Positions 41,601-55,400 are shown, counted from the stretch's first letter. The stretch: 64,000 nt of DNA from Tubulanus polymorphus (GCF_964204645.1 NC_134025.1:26206299-26270298); one strand, 5' to 3'. Program-made: numbers and translations. Notes: generated from the letters alone by a model not told the origin.

Positions 41601-42078
41601 AAAGGTCCGATGTTGCAGTTGTGACTTCAAAGTAAGTATACTCAAAATGAGTATAAGTCTCGTTTGTGCTATATACATCATTTGAGTGATTGAACCTGCG
41701 TTTTGTCATTTTCCAGGAGGATATTGTTATTAGAGAAGTGTCGTTTCTGGGGTGATTGGGATGTAGAAGTAGATGAACCACTAGAGGCTATTATTGGTAT
41801 TCCAGCAGTTGTTGACAAAAAACTTATCTTCAAAATATCAAAGGTAACATCTTAAGGCTCTATAGTGTGTATTTTTACAAATCTACCGGGTATATAGATT
41901 CATCGAAATGTCTGTGGTCGTTTGTTTCTTTTTTTAGGATAAGACGTCTCACAGCATATTTGCGAGTGACGAACGTGAGATTGAAAGTGACGATCCGGAA
42001 ATTGTGAAGTGGTTACAGATGAAGATACAGTCTGCTGTTCAACTTTTGGAACAACGAAAACTTATGCACATGTGTTAA
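17651..42078 (+). CDS. VPS13: VPS13A/C-like bridge-like lipid transfer protein, complete multi-exon gene
   Basis: Chorein-N start [30 protein letters not shown] (exon 17651-17750); [37 protein letters not shown]; VAB-repeat peptides ([23 protein letters not shown]); APT1/ATG2_C region [28 protein letters not shown]; stop TAA at 42076-42078. Confidence 0.95.
18376..18561. repeat. Diverged local tandem duplication (~115 bp period) in VPS13 intron 1
   Basis: gcaggagacattatcaag...tctgacttcatc..caaatgttttac.ttagtcg occurs at ~18376 and ~18491. Confidence 0.75.
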
Positions 42079-42878
42079 AGGAAAAAGATGCATATCTTAT
42101 AACTGAACTTAATATTCAGCTCAATAATATCAGGAGCTCTATGTCAAGTGTCTATAGCATATAGATTTAGATTCTTATTACTGTTTGTCAAGTCCTGTAT
42201 TGTTATTGTTGGTATTGTATGCATCCAGTGATTCCTAGTGAAATGAGCAAATGCAAATCATTGTCCCAAAATAAACTTATATTTTGTAATACATATATAA
42301 TCAATCATATCGCGCTTTATTTATGATGAATTTGTTCTTGAAATGTATAATGTGGTAGTTATATGCTACTGGTAATAATTGTTGATGGTGTAATCGGGAT
42401 TAAGTAAGATATTTTTTCCACGAGCGCTTATGGCATTATCCTGACATTACATGTACATATACACCAAGCTAACGGGAGTGTGTGCAATTAAAAATTTTGA
42501 TGATAGGACGCATGTTCTCATGAAATAGTCTCGGGTATATGTCTGAAAGAATTACCAGTATGTGGTTATCGATATCATCGTATATGCGAGTAGTATGTGC
42601 ATGTATTGTTTTTATCGTGGGACCTGTAAGAATAGAGATACATCTTCAAACAAGTAACTCCATTTTGATTACAATACGCGATAGAGTTAACTCCGATATC
42701 TCTACTCTAAACATTATATGAGTTCCGTTTCCAATTACCTCAATTGAAATTAATCCTGATGGTGTATACTAGAGTGAAACTAGACGCAGGGGTTATGATT
42801 AAAGTCAAACTGCCTCTGATGTGATCGATTATGCATTCCTCTTAGTTTCAAATAAATTTATAGATATGATATAAATAA

Positions 42879-42882
<4 letters not shown>

Positions 42883-42927
<45 letters not shown>
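42883..42927. repeat. (AT)n microsatellite in the probable VPS13 3' UTR; a second tract is at ~43019-43041
   Basis: Direct reading of the sequence. Confidence 0.95.
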
Positions 42928-42929
<2 letters not shown>

Positions 42930-45900
42930 GTGGTAATGGTATTATCATTATTAATATTCCATGTATTATTATTCAGATGTATGTGATGAAACTATTGTGA
43001 TATGTAACTTATGACTAAGATATATATATATATATATATATGTATGTATTGTGGAGGTAAATTACAGATATGAAACGAGGTGGTTGTTGTAAATAATCTT
43101 AATAACATCCTTCTTCAAGGGTTTAAGTTATCGCTTCTGTATGATGTTCATGTACTTACTTTCTTCCCGCTGCTATTTTTGAATTTGACTTTCGACTGAA
43201 ATCCAGCGCCCTGTAGCACATTTTATCCCTGATCAGTTCAATCATTTTGGTTGATACATAACTTCATAAAAGGAAGCCAATTTTTGGACTGGACTTATGA
43301 AGGTGCAATGGGACCGTGTGATGCTTAATTCTTAATACATGCTATACTGAATTATCCATCGTAGATGTTTTAGTACATTTTTCTCATCTGAAAAATCGAT
43401 TAATTCATTATGGCAATGTGGTAAGCGATGTGAGCTTAATTCATCATAAAATATTGATGAATACTGAAAAACTGAGATTGAATTACATTGTCTCAATTAA
43501 TTATATCACTATTACTGCAAATCACAGTCACTCTTACCTAAAACTGCATATCAAACAACGTTTTATTTTTGTATATTTTTTGGAAAATCTACAAATATTT
43601 TTAACGATATTCTTTATCGCTTCTCATGCTTACTCTATTTTATGCAGTTGTTATTCTAAATCAAGAGATATTTTATCATCCCATTATATTCGGGATCGTA
43701 ATATTTGGAAGTTGGAATTTGCGATTTGGTAATGATTATGTATTCTAGATTAGATTTTTGTTTTAATGAAATCAGAGTATTTGTTATCAGTCTTTTTATC
43801 GAGGAAGAAATACATAGGGCAAGGAACAATCGACTGACTATGATGTATTGTGTTACAATCGTCTTTATTTATTATCGGTTGTTAGAGGTTTTCCCGTTAA
43901 GTTTTATATCGTGTCAATTAGAAATATTTCCTTGATTTATTGTACATATTTGTGAATACATATTATACAATAAAGATAAAGACAATAATGATACACAAGA
44001 AAAAAAACTTTCCAACTTCATTTATCTGTTGGTTATCTGGTGCTTCTCCAAATTCGGTTGCTGTTTGTAGTGCACCTTATTTTACATTTAAGCTCTACTT
44101 AGGGGGAGGGGTGCGAGTCCTGTGGGGATGATTTTGATTTCCAGTGTGGATGATGATGATTTGGTTGTGAACTTGTGATATCCTGTTCCCATTCAAATGG
44201 CGAAACAACGGAAGACCATAAACACCAGAAAAGGAAATACATCCATGAATTGAAATTGTGTTCATTCCCTGTTCAAATTACTCTTAAAGTGTAGCTAATT
44301 GATTGACGTAATACTTAGCTAATGTTATTGAACTAATTTAGAAACGACTGTATTTACTCTGGGTCAAGAAAACCTGACTCTCGGCGACTAAAACAGTCGT
44401 TTCTTACACGCGTTAACGTTAGACGAATAATTACGTTGTCTTATTAATTAGTTTGCGAGTAATTTGAACATGTTTTGAATTTATATGTACATTTTTAGAG
44501 GTCTCTATTTCGATTTCGGGAGGTTTTTGAAATTTTCCCAAGAGTTTAAAGGGTATTCCGAAGTTTTGCGCCAGCTGTCGGAATTTCAGTGAACTAAATT
44601 GACAATGGAATCTTTGTATAGAATTGATATAGATTTTCAGATACGTATGGTATGAACTGAGAATGCTACTGCGGCATGCGAGGTGATCTTCTTCGGGAGA
44701 TTAAAGGTTCGAGAACGTACCAGTATCAAAACGCTTGCAAATAAGTTTATAAATTCTTGCAAATTGCTACTCAACTGTTTTCAGAAATTATATTTTTTAC
44801 TGAAAACAAGTACATTTGAGTAATGTAACGCACTGAGTAGTGTGGATGCTGAATAGGGGATACACCGGGTGTTTAGGTTTGAAACCGATCAATTGGTACT
44901 GCCGATGATTAGTCTGATCGCTGAATAAAGTGTTCCCAACGGTCGGAGAGCACAACTGAAAATAACCCTAGGAAAAATGAAAGCTGTTGTGGGGACCGAG
45001 CACCGTGTGCTCATCTCTAAATCCACACAACGAGATGCCCAGTGTTTCCCAACCATTCCGCATTATTCTAATGCTAAACGTCATAAACTACGTTTTGTGT
45101 GTAGAATCACGCAATTACGAAACGAGTATGCAGCCTTTTCACATTAAATATACATATTTCCGATTTTTCTACCTCCATAAAGGCACCATTATGGCTGAAA
45201 CCCGCTGAGGTGCTTTGCAGCATTAAGTTCTGCTCTTTCGTGAACTAATTATCTAAATTATCAATTTCAGCTTTCTAGATTTTCTTCTATTCACGGTAAC
45301 ACGGTAACACGTCAACCCCATACGAATAATTTGCGGCACCCTTCGGAGAGATGTCGTATCCGCACAGCGAGAAGCATTTTCTATCAACCAAGGAAAATCA
45401 ATTCTCGTAATTAACCAATTTAGATAGTAGTAGTGGAGGTATATGCATACTCATGCAAGTTTTATGCACTGCCTGATTAGTAACTGAAAAAGATCAGCAG
45501 GTAATATTCTTTTTTAGTCAAATCGCGAGACAAGATGTGAGATTAGGCTATACGCATACGTATATACGTAGAAAAGTGCGAAAGTGAATTCATTCGTCTT
45601 TTATCATTTATCATAGATTTATATCTACTTTTTTGAAATCCCGTCCCAGAACAGAACTATCATAGTCAAAACAGATTTACACGTAACAGGAAAAGTAAGA
45701 GAAATCTGTGAAATGTTAGCGAATAAAATCTAAAATCTATTTTTAAAAGTGTTCGTTTTTCAACGGATATTTTCAACAGTTCGCTCTGATTTAAAAATGC
45801 AGCTTGAATGAAATTGGAATCAATTCTAAATGTTCCGAAATTGTCTTGAATTTCGGCCTGACACACATACGCAAAAATGTTTTCTATTCCAGAGACTTTC

Positions 45901-45987
45901 ACCTGCTCATTCATACATTTAAAAACACTCACTGCGTTTATGAATAAAAAATGAGAAATATAGATTTTATTCATTGTTCAACGCATA

Positions 45988-47112
45988 TTACATGATTGTG
46001 CAAATGGAAGACGGTTCCATTTCTGGTTTTTTCAGGTTATTTTTCATACAATCGTTTGCAGTAATAACTCTGGATATCTTAGATACATTCTGATAATTAT
46101 CGGTCGATGATATCGATGTAATCGATTCAGAGTCGTTGGTTTTATCTGATCGATCAGTTTTATATTGATCAGGGTCGTTGTCTTGTTCGCCATTGCCCGC
46201 GGGGGTAAGGACATATTTTCGGATAAAACCCCAGTATTTATCCGGGGTGCTATGATCTATCGGTAACAATCGTAAAACGTGTTTATGTCCCATACTCGCG
46301 GCCGCATCGCGTAAACTCCGCGGATACCCGATCGTTAGGCAATTCGTCTGATACGACACATCTTTCATATAAACATCTATATTTTTATTATTGAGCAGTT
46401 CTTCCATTCGAAGTTCGTCTCCAGCTAGCGTGGCGTGTATGAATTCCAGGCTAGCTCGATTTTGTTCCAGAAGCTCGACTATACTCAACTTTCTGTTATT
46501 TTCTCGGGCGTAACGAATTAAACTCTTACCATCTCGCGATACGCGAATGCGACACCAAGAATTTACCAAACGTTCCGCTAAATCGAGATCGTTCCTTTCC
46601 ACAGCTCCCCATAATCCCGGTTCGAACTTCTGATACCAATGCAACACTTCTAGTTCGAATGGACTGTGGGACTCGTCGATAATCCCTCTGTCCGATACTG
46701 GGCTACAATCGGCTCCGCATCGAATCAATGCAACTACAACATCTGGAAGCATCTTTTCAAGCGCCTGATGCAAGGCCATCTTACCCTTGTAATCCCGAGC
46801 ATTCACATCAACTCCGGCATTTGATAATAGATAGATCATCTGAATATACTGGTTCTCGGTGGAAGAATGGACATTATCTAATACAGTATGTAGATACGTT
46901 GTACCAAATTCATCATCTCTTTCCAGTGAATTTTGTCCCATTTGTAAACATAGCAACAACTGTTCCGGACAAGCTGCACATATCGCCCGATATATCGGAG
47001 TTCGTCGGTAACTGGGGGTTTCAATATCCAACTGGAATTCATCCATCCACGCTGTTGATGTCGTATCGTCGCACAAAAAATCATATATATCTCCTATTGC
47101 ACGAAAACTCAT
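45988..47112 (-). CDS. Ankyrin-repeat protein, 374 aa, single coding exon, C-terminal CaaX box (CTIM)
   Basis: Uninterrupted ORF with ankyrin-like motifs TPIYRAI, GTTYLH, AGVDVNARDYKGKMALHQA, LIRCGAD and FIHATLAGD, a S/T/D-rich tail, and the ending SSICTIM*. Confidence 0.85.
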   Translation of the reverse strand: MSFRAIGDIYDFLCDDTTSTAWMDEFQLDIETPSYRRTPIYRAICAACPEQLLLCLQMGQNSLERDDEFGTTYLHTVLDNVHSSTENQYIQMIYLLSNAGVDVNARDYKGKMALHQALEKMLPDVVVALIRCGADCSPVSDRGIIDESHSPFELEVLHWYQKFEPGLWGAVERNDLDLAERLVNSWCRIRVSRDGKSLIRYARENNRKLSIVELLEQNRASLEFIHATLAGDELRMEELLNNKNIDVYMKDVSYQTNCLTIGYPRSLRDAAASMGHKHVLRLLPIDHSTPDKYWGFIRKYVLTPAGNGEQDNDPDQYKTDRSDKTNDSESITSISSTDNYQNVSKISRVITANDCMKNNLKKPEMEPSSICTIM

Positions 47113-49420
47113 TGCAAATTGTCTCGCTATTCGGAACTCATTTTGAAATCTGTCGCTCTACTATCGACGTTTGCCAAATCCTATTGAATAGCGAATTAAC
47201 AACGAACAGTATTGCTGTTGGAAACACACGTCTTTACAGACCTTACTGAAAGTCGTCCATGCGTGATGAAATAATATGTCACATATGTACGTACGTCATA
47301 TAAAACTGGTTGAGTGTTTGCAGTGTGGTATTTTTACGGGACAAGTTTATCACGCATATTGAATATAAGTACGGTTCGTGTTTATATATCGTGCATCGAT
47401 TCCCTGATACATCTCCAGGAAGATACGACCTGTCCGTAATCAATGTTCGTAATTGATACGAAATTTCAATTTCCCTAATCTACGTCACGTATAGATAGTA
47501 CTTTCACATTCGTAATCAATTTGAAATTACTACAAAACCTGGGGAATAGAAGCATAACTTCAGAATATTCTTCCATGCTTAATGAATAAAATTAATTAAT
47601 TGATAAATTAAGGTGCTTAATGAATAAGTGTCGTTGTGGGGTGTAATGGGATATGTAATTATTCAAAATAACGTTGCAACGCAATACGAGCGCATGACAA
47701 CAAGAAGTTACAGGAATTGACGACCTGAGTTCATGCGTAAACTTCCACCGGGTTTTAACTTAAGTTAGAAGCACAAGCAACCTAACAAGTCCATCGAGGT
47801 GTTCAGACGTTTGTCTCCAGTCGAAAAAAGTAGTCGGCGAAACCGACACAGGAACCACTTTTTCAACTGCGTTGATATTTTTGGATGTTTCGACGGAAAA
47901 ATTAAACATTTAGATATAGCAAAGCAGCGTAAACAGGTTTCCTGCATTGCTGGTTTAAATGTCGTATTAGAGAGCGCACAAAGATTTCGTCGAAATTTAT
48001 TTTTATCTTTGTATTTTATCAGTTAATAACATTATAAATACGGCTATTTAGATGCAACGGTCAAACACAAATACTGCATATGTGGATCCGCAAAGCTTGA
48101 GGAAACGCACGATGTAAAATACGGACCGATGGATAGATTTGATCTATGTTTGCACAGATAAAGCAAATATGTTTTACAGTGGCAGCTGAAATATCAACAG
48201 GTCCGACGAGCTTCTAGGATTAAAGAATCTACTGGCCCGATTAGAAATCCCTGGCCTCGGGCATGGCTAGCACCGTAACGACCGTAAGACTAGACGCCAA
48301 CCGTTGTTTTGCAGACATAATGTAAATCGATGGAATTCTTCAGCCCAGCAATTTAAGACAGATAGCTATATGCAAAATGATAAAACAGACAAATATATTT
48401 TTTCATCACATTATTACTGCTGTACAAAATCATACAAATTCAATATAAGTCTGATATCAATTCAGCTGTGACCTGATGCACCTTCCAAACCATGAATTTT
48501 TAACAAAACAATTGCTTCAAGCAATTATCAGAGATTCAACTTTGAATTCATTCAAATATAACAACTGTTCTGAATCCGAAGACCTCATCCTTTTTGGTCA
48601 CTTCAGGTCATCACTCGCCTTTAATTTTATACTTCATTCAATCTTATACAAGAAAAATGATTTTTTTGTCAATAAATACATATTATTAGCTTAAATTGAT
48701 TATTTCTTTAACATTGTGTGCAGCAAAAGAGTGTATTTCGTGGATTCAAAGTGAAATTATTATCATGATTGAGATTAACGTATTCAAGAATGCCCATCTT
48801 AGCATTCAGCACCAGACAATTTTTCGTATCAGTTCGAAACCGACTAAGTATTAACAGTTACACAGTTATACTATACACATATGACTGAAACATAGATAAT
48901 TTTCATAATGCTGTACTGGTTAGTTTAACATGCAAGAATACACGCGCAAGAAAAATATCATTTACAAACAGTTTAATGTAAAAAGACATGGAGTACAAAG
49001 AGTAAGAATAGAAAATATAATACGATGTATAAAGAATAGCGTAAACTACATGAAGCTACTGACGAAGTCACTAAGACATTTTACATTTTACTAAAACAGT
49101 TGAGTGAGTATAGTTGAAATAAGCCAAAAGTAGATAATGGTTAACAATTTAATCTTTTATCAAAACATAGAATCGTATGTTATCAAGTCAATCTTTATAT
49201 CGACTAATAATACATGCTTCTAGAATAATTTATAGTTCTAGTTTAAACAGATGCACAGTTACAATGAAGAAGGATAGGATAAGAGCAGTTGACAAAATCA
49301 TCAGATCCCCTGATCGTCCAATTCAATGCGAAAGCACCAATGAATCAGTTATCACAAACAAATTAAGTAGAAAGGGTGCACGCATATAAGCAGATACTGC
49401 GAGAGACAGTCAAAACACAT

Positions 49421-52400
49421 TCACTCAGTGTGCACTGTCACTATCTGATCTTCTGAGTCAGTTACGGTACCCTAAAGCTTGAAAGTAAAGTAACTTAGAC
49501 TAAACTCGATATCAGTTTCAATTCGAAAATTGGAAACTCTGCTACAATGTAAAATACGTGATAAATTGACTCTTTCAAAAGTTTAATACAATAACAGAAA
49601 CTGGTCAGAATCAACAAAATTATACTCGATATATTATGAATATAGCCAATGAGATTAGATAAATATATATAACCTTTTACATCTTTAAAATACATTGGAT
49701 ATTGTTACTTTGTTTAGATAATAGTGGCAACAATGAAATCATTATATAAGGATAGGCATAGAATATCTAACTCGCTACTGACAAATAGCAATACAATATC
49801 AACTGAGATTCTAAATATCTATGAAAGCCTAAAATATAAAATGGCCTCCTACAAATGAGCACTTCGCACTTTCCGGCTTTCAATTTCGTATATTGCTTCC
49901 TTCGCGATGTAATTCTCACGCAGCATTTGGTCCTTGACGGAGCGCGGAACGTCGGGGATGAGTACGTTCAATAACCACGTCAACAGGATAACCACGTGCT
50001 GCAAGTGATGAAAAAACCGTTGCAAAAAACTAATTCCTGTCATGAAAACGAGGTACTACGGTGTTATTTATCTATCTTACCTCGAAAACAATGACAAAGC
50101 TGATGCGTGCTGCAAATATGTGCCAATACGTCAGTGTGAACTCGTATTCATTAGGGGTGTCAGGTGCTGATCTATAATCCCGATACCTGAAACAAATATT
50201 ACATCATCAGTACTTTAATTCGCTAGTGATCCGATTCAATTAAGCATCATATAGATAACTGAGAACTTACCTGCAGTAGGTAATGTTAGCATAATCACCA
50301 ATAATAGATGGTTCGGGATTGCTTGAACTCTGAAAATCTGCCACTTTAAATGTAGATAGAGAGCTGTTTATGTAACCAGTGAGGGTATCTTCGTTAGTCA
50401 TCTTGTAAACCATTTTCGGTATGAAGTCAGATGTGAAAGCGATGATAAATGCCTGCAAAGTTTAGGAATCATTTTTAGAAAGTATGCATTCCAAAAAAAA
50501 AAGAAAAGAACAGAGAATTGGTTCACGATCAACTTACATTACTGATAACCGCAATTCTTGAGACAGCCAACAGTATGCTGTACCATATTCCGATATCTTG
50601 ACCTCTTTGCGCCATTGGTCGACGCCATTGAGTAGTGAATTTGTACGCGTCCACTCTGATCTCGATTACGTTATTGATCAATGCGAATAGAGGTGCCAGC
50701 GGGAAAGCAGCCACAAAGATCGTCACAAAGCCATACTGGATTACTGAAATATGAGATACAATTTCAAAATAGCCATTGGGCTGGGAAATCATTTGATGCT
50801 GGTCTCATCAATCCAGGTTTTGAATATAATGTTCACACATTCTATAGGACATTCTAAATTTAGTCCGTTCCAAGCATTCACACTAGCCCATTCTAAATTG
50901 GTCCATTCCACTTAAGAACAAACCGATTTAGACTGTCCAAAAGTCTGATCCAGGGCATACTAAATTCTAGTCAGTTCTAATTTATTCCGTTTGAGGTAAG
51001 AACCAAATGAGAATAACTAGAACTAACTAGCAATAGTGTGAATCCGGCCTTGTTGCGCAAACGAACTAAACATAAAAAATTTTACCCATTTCTAGATATT
51101 CCTCAAATAAGCCTGTATTTGCCATTGTGTCCAGATCATAATCCTGTTCCCAACGTGTATAAACACTCATTTCATGTTTTTCTTGTTTTCTAGCTGCCCT
51201 AGACAGCCACCAATTCTTGATTTTCCTGAGAAAATAATGTTGTCGATATGATAATTTTTCCAGATGATAGAATAAACATCAAATGTATATTCAGTAAGTT
51301 TGGTTTGTTCTCAGTTGTTTTTACTGATTGACAATTCAAAAGTCCCCAGAAAACTGAAACTTCTGTAATCACTTCATAATGAAGGACAAACTTACGGCAG
51401 CATGATTTCTTTGAAGTTATTAATGCCCTGTTTGCCAACCATGGTAACTCCAAGTTGAATACACAGTTCAATCAGACAACCAGCTGGATCACACTGTAAT
51501 AAAAGTCAAATCATGCTGTAACTATTACATACATGCTTCTTCAAATCATTTATCACCAAGATCATTACCAATCAACAGTTCATTATGAAATTCGCAGAGA
51601 AAAGCATTCATATTAGTAAATTTTTATACAGAAATTGAACAATTACAACATGCATTGAGATTGACTAGCAATGGAATGACGTGGTAAATATACAAGTAAT
51701 ATTCACCTCTTCTTGTCGATAGACAAATGAGTAATCATAATTCCCAGGTCTACCAATTAATCTGTTAAAAACACAAAGTTACTAATGTGCACAACACGGA
51801 TTCTGTTATAACAAACACTAAGTGCAAACATGTATAAGTCTACGATAATTTCTCAAAGTTGCGCAAATAGTTAAAGTAATGTAATGAAAGCTTTTGAGAA
51901 AATATGTGTAGGTTCCTGAACTAGGTAGAAAATACAATCTGAGGACAATGCTGAAATTAATACCGGTGTGAAAATGAACCATTATCATTAAAGGACAAGA
52001 GCAGTTCTTCACTCCATGAGTACTATCAAAACCGCATTACATGGTCTCAATCGGATGCCGAATGGAGAAAATCATGCATCAGAAAATTGACAGAAATGAA
52101 AATTAGGGGCAAGAAAATCACTGCACTCATGCATTGACGTAAAGGATTCACAGAGAGATATTAATTGAAAATCTAAAAATATTGGTTAAATTCAAAGTCA
52201 AAATAGATTTGTCTTCAAAGCGTAGGAAAGTCTGTACGTTGGTAAAATTTCTGACAAACATTCACCGCTAAAACCCAATATTTCTATGAACCATGAACAA
52301 ACCATGTCTAGCCATGCTTCGTGTGAAATATAGCTCAAATGCAATAGACTCAGCAAGAATAGAGCTGATAGCGATAAATTTCTTTCAATCAATTCTTCGT

Positions 52401-55400
52401 ACAAATCATAAGATAGTTATGGTTATGGTTTGTCCATAAATGTTACAACTAATGATGAAAGTATTCTGATTTTCACATCGTGCAGTCATCGGATACCTCT
52501 TCTTGTCTCCACTGCCCAAACAATTTCCTAGTGCCAGGTTGACCGGATAATCTGTGTAAAATTTGCGTAAAGAGAAGCTTTATACCACGGAAGAAAGACG
52601 GAAAACATGTATTCATCATATCAGTAAGAGTAACTGTATGATTCAAAGTACGTATTATGGAAACCAGCATTGAATAATACAAGAGGAAAACCTCAAAGAA
52701 TAGAATGAAAAACATGCATTCTCAATATGAAATAATAAGTTCGAAGAAAAAGCTGCAACCTACGCGTATGGGTTTAAATGTGTTGCAATTCAACAAATGT
52801 GTGGACAAAATGTGAAATGAGGTGTAACTGAATAATATTCTTTTTCTTAATTCTGTGTAACAATTTTACATGGCACGACATGTGTATGTATTATTAGTGC
52901 CTTTCTGTGATGTGTTTTGAACATTGTTTTTGCTGACATCAGTTGGGTTGGATATAAATTCAAGATGGTATCAACGGTTAAAGCATACACGAATAAGGAT
53001 TTATTTCGAGAAATTTTTTTTAATGCATCAGCAAAGAATGTATTTTCTATCGCATAAGCTATTGGATAAACTAGGATATCAGCAAAACTGAAAATCGATG
53101 GCTTAGTACGACATCATCACATAAATTTTACACCTAAATCATCTACCTCTTCTTGGCGGTAACCAAAGAAAGTCTTTTCCCCTGGGGCTCCTGTAAGTCT
53201 GCAGGGTTTTAGAATAATTAATGTTACACCTAATGATTATACAATCGAAAAAGGCAGTGTCACAACCACTAGAGATTCCCTCTCTGCTGCATAAACAGCT
53301 GAAAAAACTAACCTTCCTTTGAAAAACGCAATGTAGAAAATCGTGGAGTAGTAGTTGACAAATTGGAAACAGAACATCTTAAACGTCAACCTATCGTCAT
53401 ATTCAGTTTCAGTTCGTGGATTTTCTAAAATGCAGATTAAATTGGTGAAGATAGTTGTAATTTATATCATAGTATTCGTCGATTTTCAATTCGAACTTTG
53501 ACATAATCTCACCCCAATTGGTCAGAAACAGAGCAATTCTCTCATACAACTGTAAATACATGAACAAACAATTAGCACCCATGAAAGGTTAACCAAGCGG
53601 CGGGAAGGGGCGGAAATCGTATTCATACCTTGTTTAGAATCATGATGATGATAAGAGAGATAAGAGCAGCCGTGGCAGTCGTTAGAATCTTAGCGTATTC
53701 TCGTATGATACCGTCCGACGAAGCCGACATCAGAGTTACAATAATAATACGATAAACAATGATCGCGAATACTGCACAAAGACACAGGCAAACCTAGCAA
53801 TAGGAGAATCATACGTAATGAATAGTCAAAAATCTTTCAAATCAGATTCGTATATTTGCGTGTATGTGTTTGTGCTTGGCTGCCATACTAACCATGAAGA
53901 TGCAAACAACAAATGAACTGCAATCAATCGGGGCTCGTTTATAAAATGGTACGTAAGGCTCCTCTTCCTAATCAAATACATAAAATCATTACGATCTGGC
54001 TGAAATATTCACAATGAAATCATAATACAACAAGAACCCAATTTTCGAACCTGCGTGACCGGATTTCTTCTCTTGTCATTGACAGCAATTTCAAACTCTG
54101 GTCGAATTACTTCCTGAAAAGGGGAGTTACCGTAAGTTAATTGAATTCAGCCCCTTAAAACACCGAAAGAGTTACTCAATTTTCACTGCACTATTTTCCA
54201 GTACCTCCTCTTCCTCAAACCCGGCCACATCCCAGTCATAACCAATTTCAGCTTCTTTTCTTTTCCACATTTCCAGGAACATCGTGGCTGAAGAAAGAAT
54301 TACATGTACGATGATAATAGAATAATAATCGTTTCATGTGAGATGTTTACGACTTGAAAACTTACCCCAGAGACACATAAATCCAGCAAAGAATACAGTA
54401 GCCGGATTATCAAATATGTAAGTTAACCGTGAAAACAGACAACTCTTTTTAAGTTTCCAGTACGCGCAGTACTTGTCACAGAGAGGACACATTATCAAAC
54501 CACCAGCTTTTGTTACGTTGCATATATCCTCACTGCAAATGATCAAAATCAATCGATCATTAACAGTAGAAATGTCTTTAACAACTAAATCCAAGACATC
54601 AGTTTATACCTGGGGATATTATCAAATATAGTAGCACATCCATAGATGAATACGGCCAAACCGATTATAGACGCGGGTATCAGCATGCTCGTGTAGAAAC
54701 CTAACCAACAAAAGTATATACCAATCTTCTCTCCGAAATATTTCCTGCAATACGAGAAAATATACTCACAAGCTTATATCGTGTCTGCATGCATCGAGAC
54801 CAATGAATGATGCACTAAATGTAAACTTACCGGATAAGATCTAATGGCTGATACTTGTACCACATCCGCGGACGAGCCCAAGCTTCATACAAAAGCTACA
54901 AAATCAAATAAATGGTGACAGTGAAAAATGCGGACCCAGTGCAGCTCTGTAAATCACGACTCAATTTAATAAAAGATAAGTCAAAATCAATTAGTTTGTT
55001 ATTGTTTAACTATTGAAATGCACTATTTGAGAATTGCTGACCAAAGATTTTCTAGTCAACTTACATGTCTCTCATTCATAGCGCCCTCGGTTAGAAGAGA
55101 ATGTTCACTTGTGTAGCTTCCCTGAAAGAACAAAATTGAATAATTATATTACGCAGCAGAAATCCAATAAATTTAGTTGATATCAGTTATATTTACCTCG
55201 TGCAGTGGATAACACGCTGAAAATGCTTCAATATTCAACAATCGCCTTATACCTATTATCAGAAATGAATATATTCCAATTAATACATACACAATTTATA
55301 CCTCATTTAGGTTCTATAACTGAAGTAAAACTTCTCAACTCATTTCCGTAGACAATGCCAGCCGTTTATGAATAATACCTATTTTCTTTTTCGGTTCAGA

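Noticed and set aside
44099-44245. Short minus-strand ORFs (34-47 aa) near converging polyA signals at ~43936 and ~43969
   Set aside because: No homology or splice support; may be 3' UTR sequence.
46728-47249. 173-aa + strand ORF
   Set aside because: Antisense overlap of the ankyrin CDS with no recognisable motifs.
52490-52496. GTATCC donor of exon B resembling a U12-type 5' splice site
   Set aside because: It continues GTATCCGA rather than GTATCCTT, so it is treated as U2-type.
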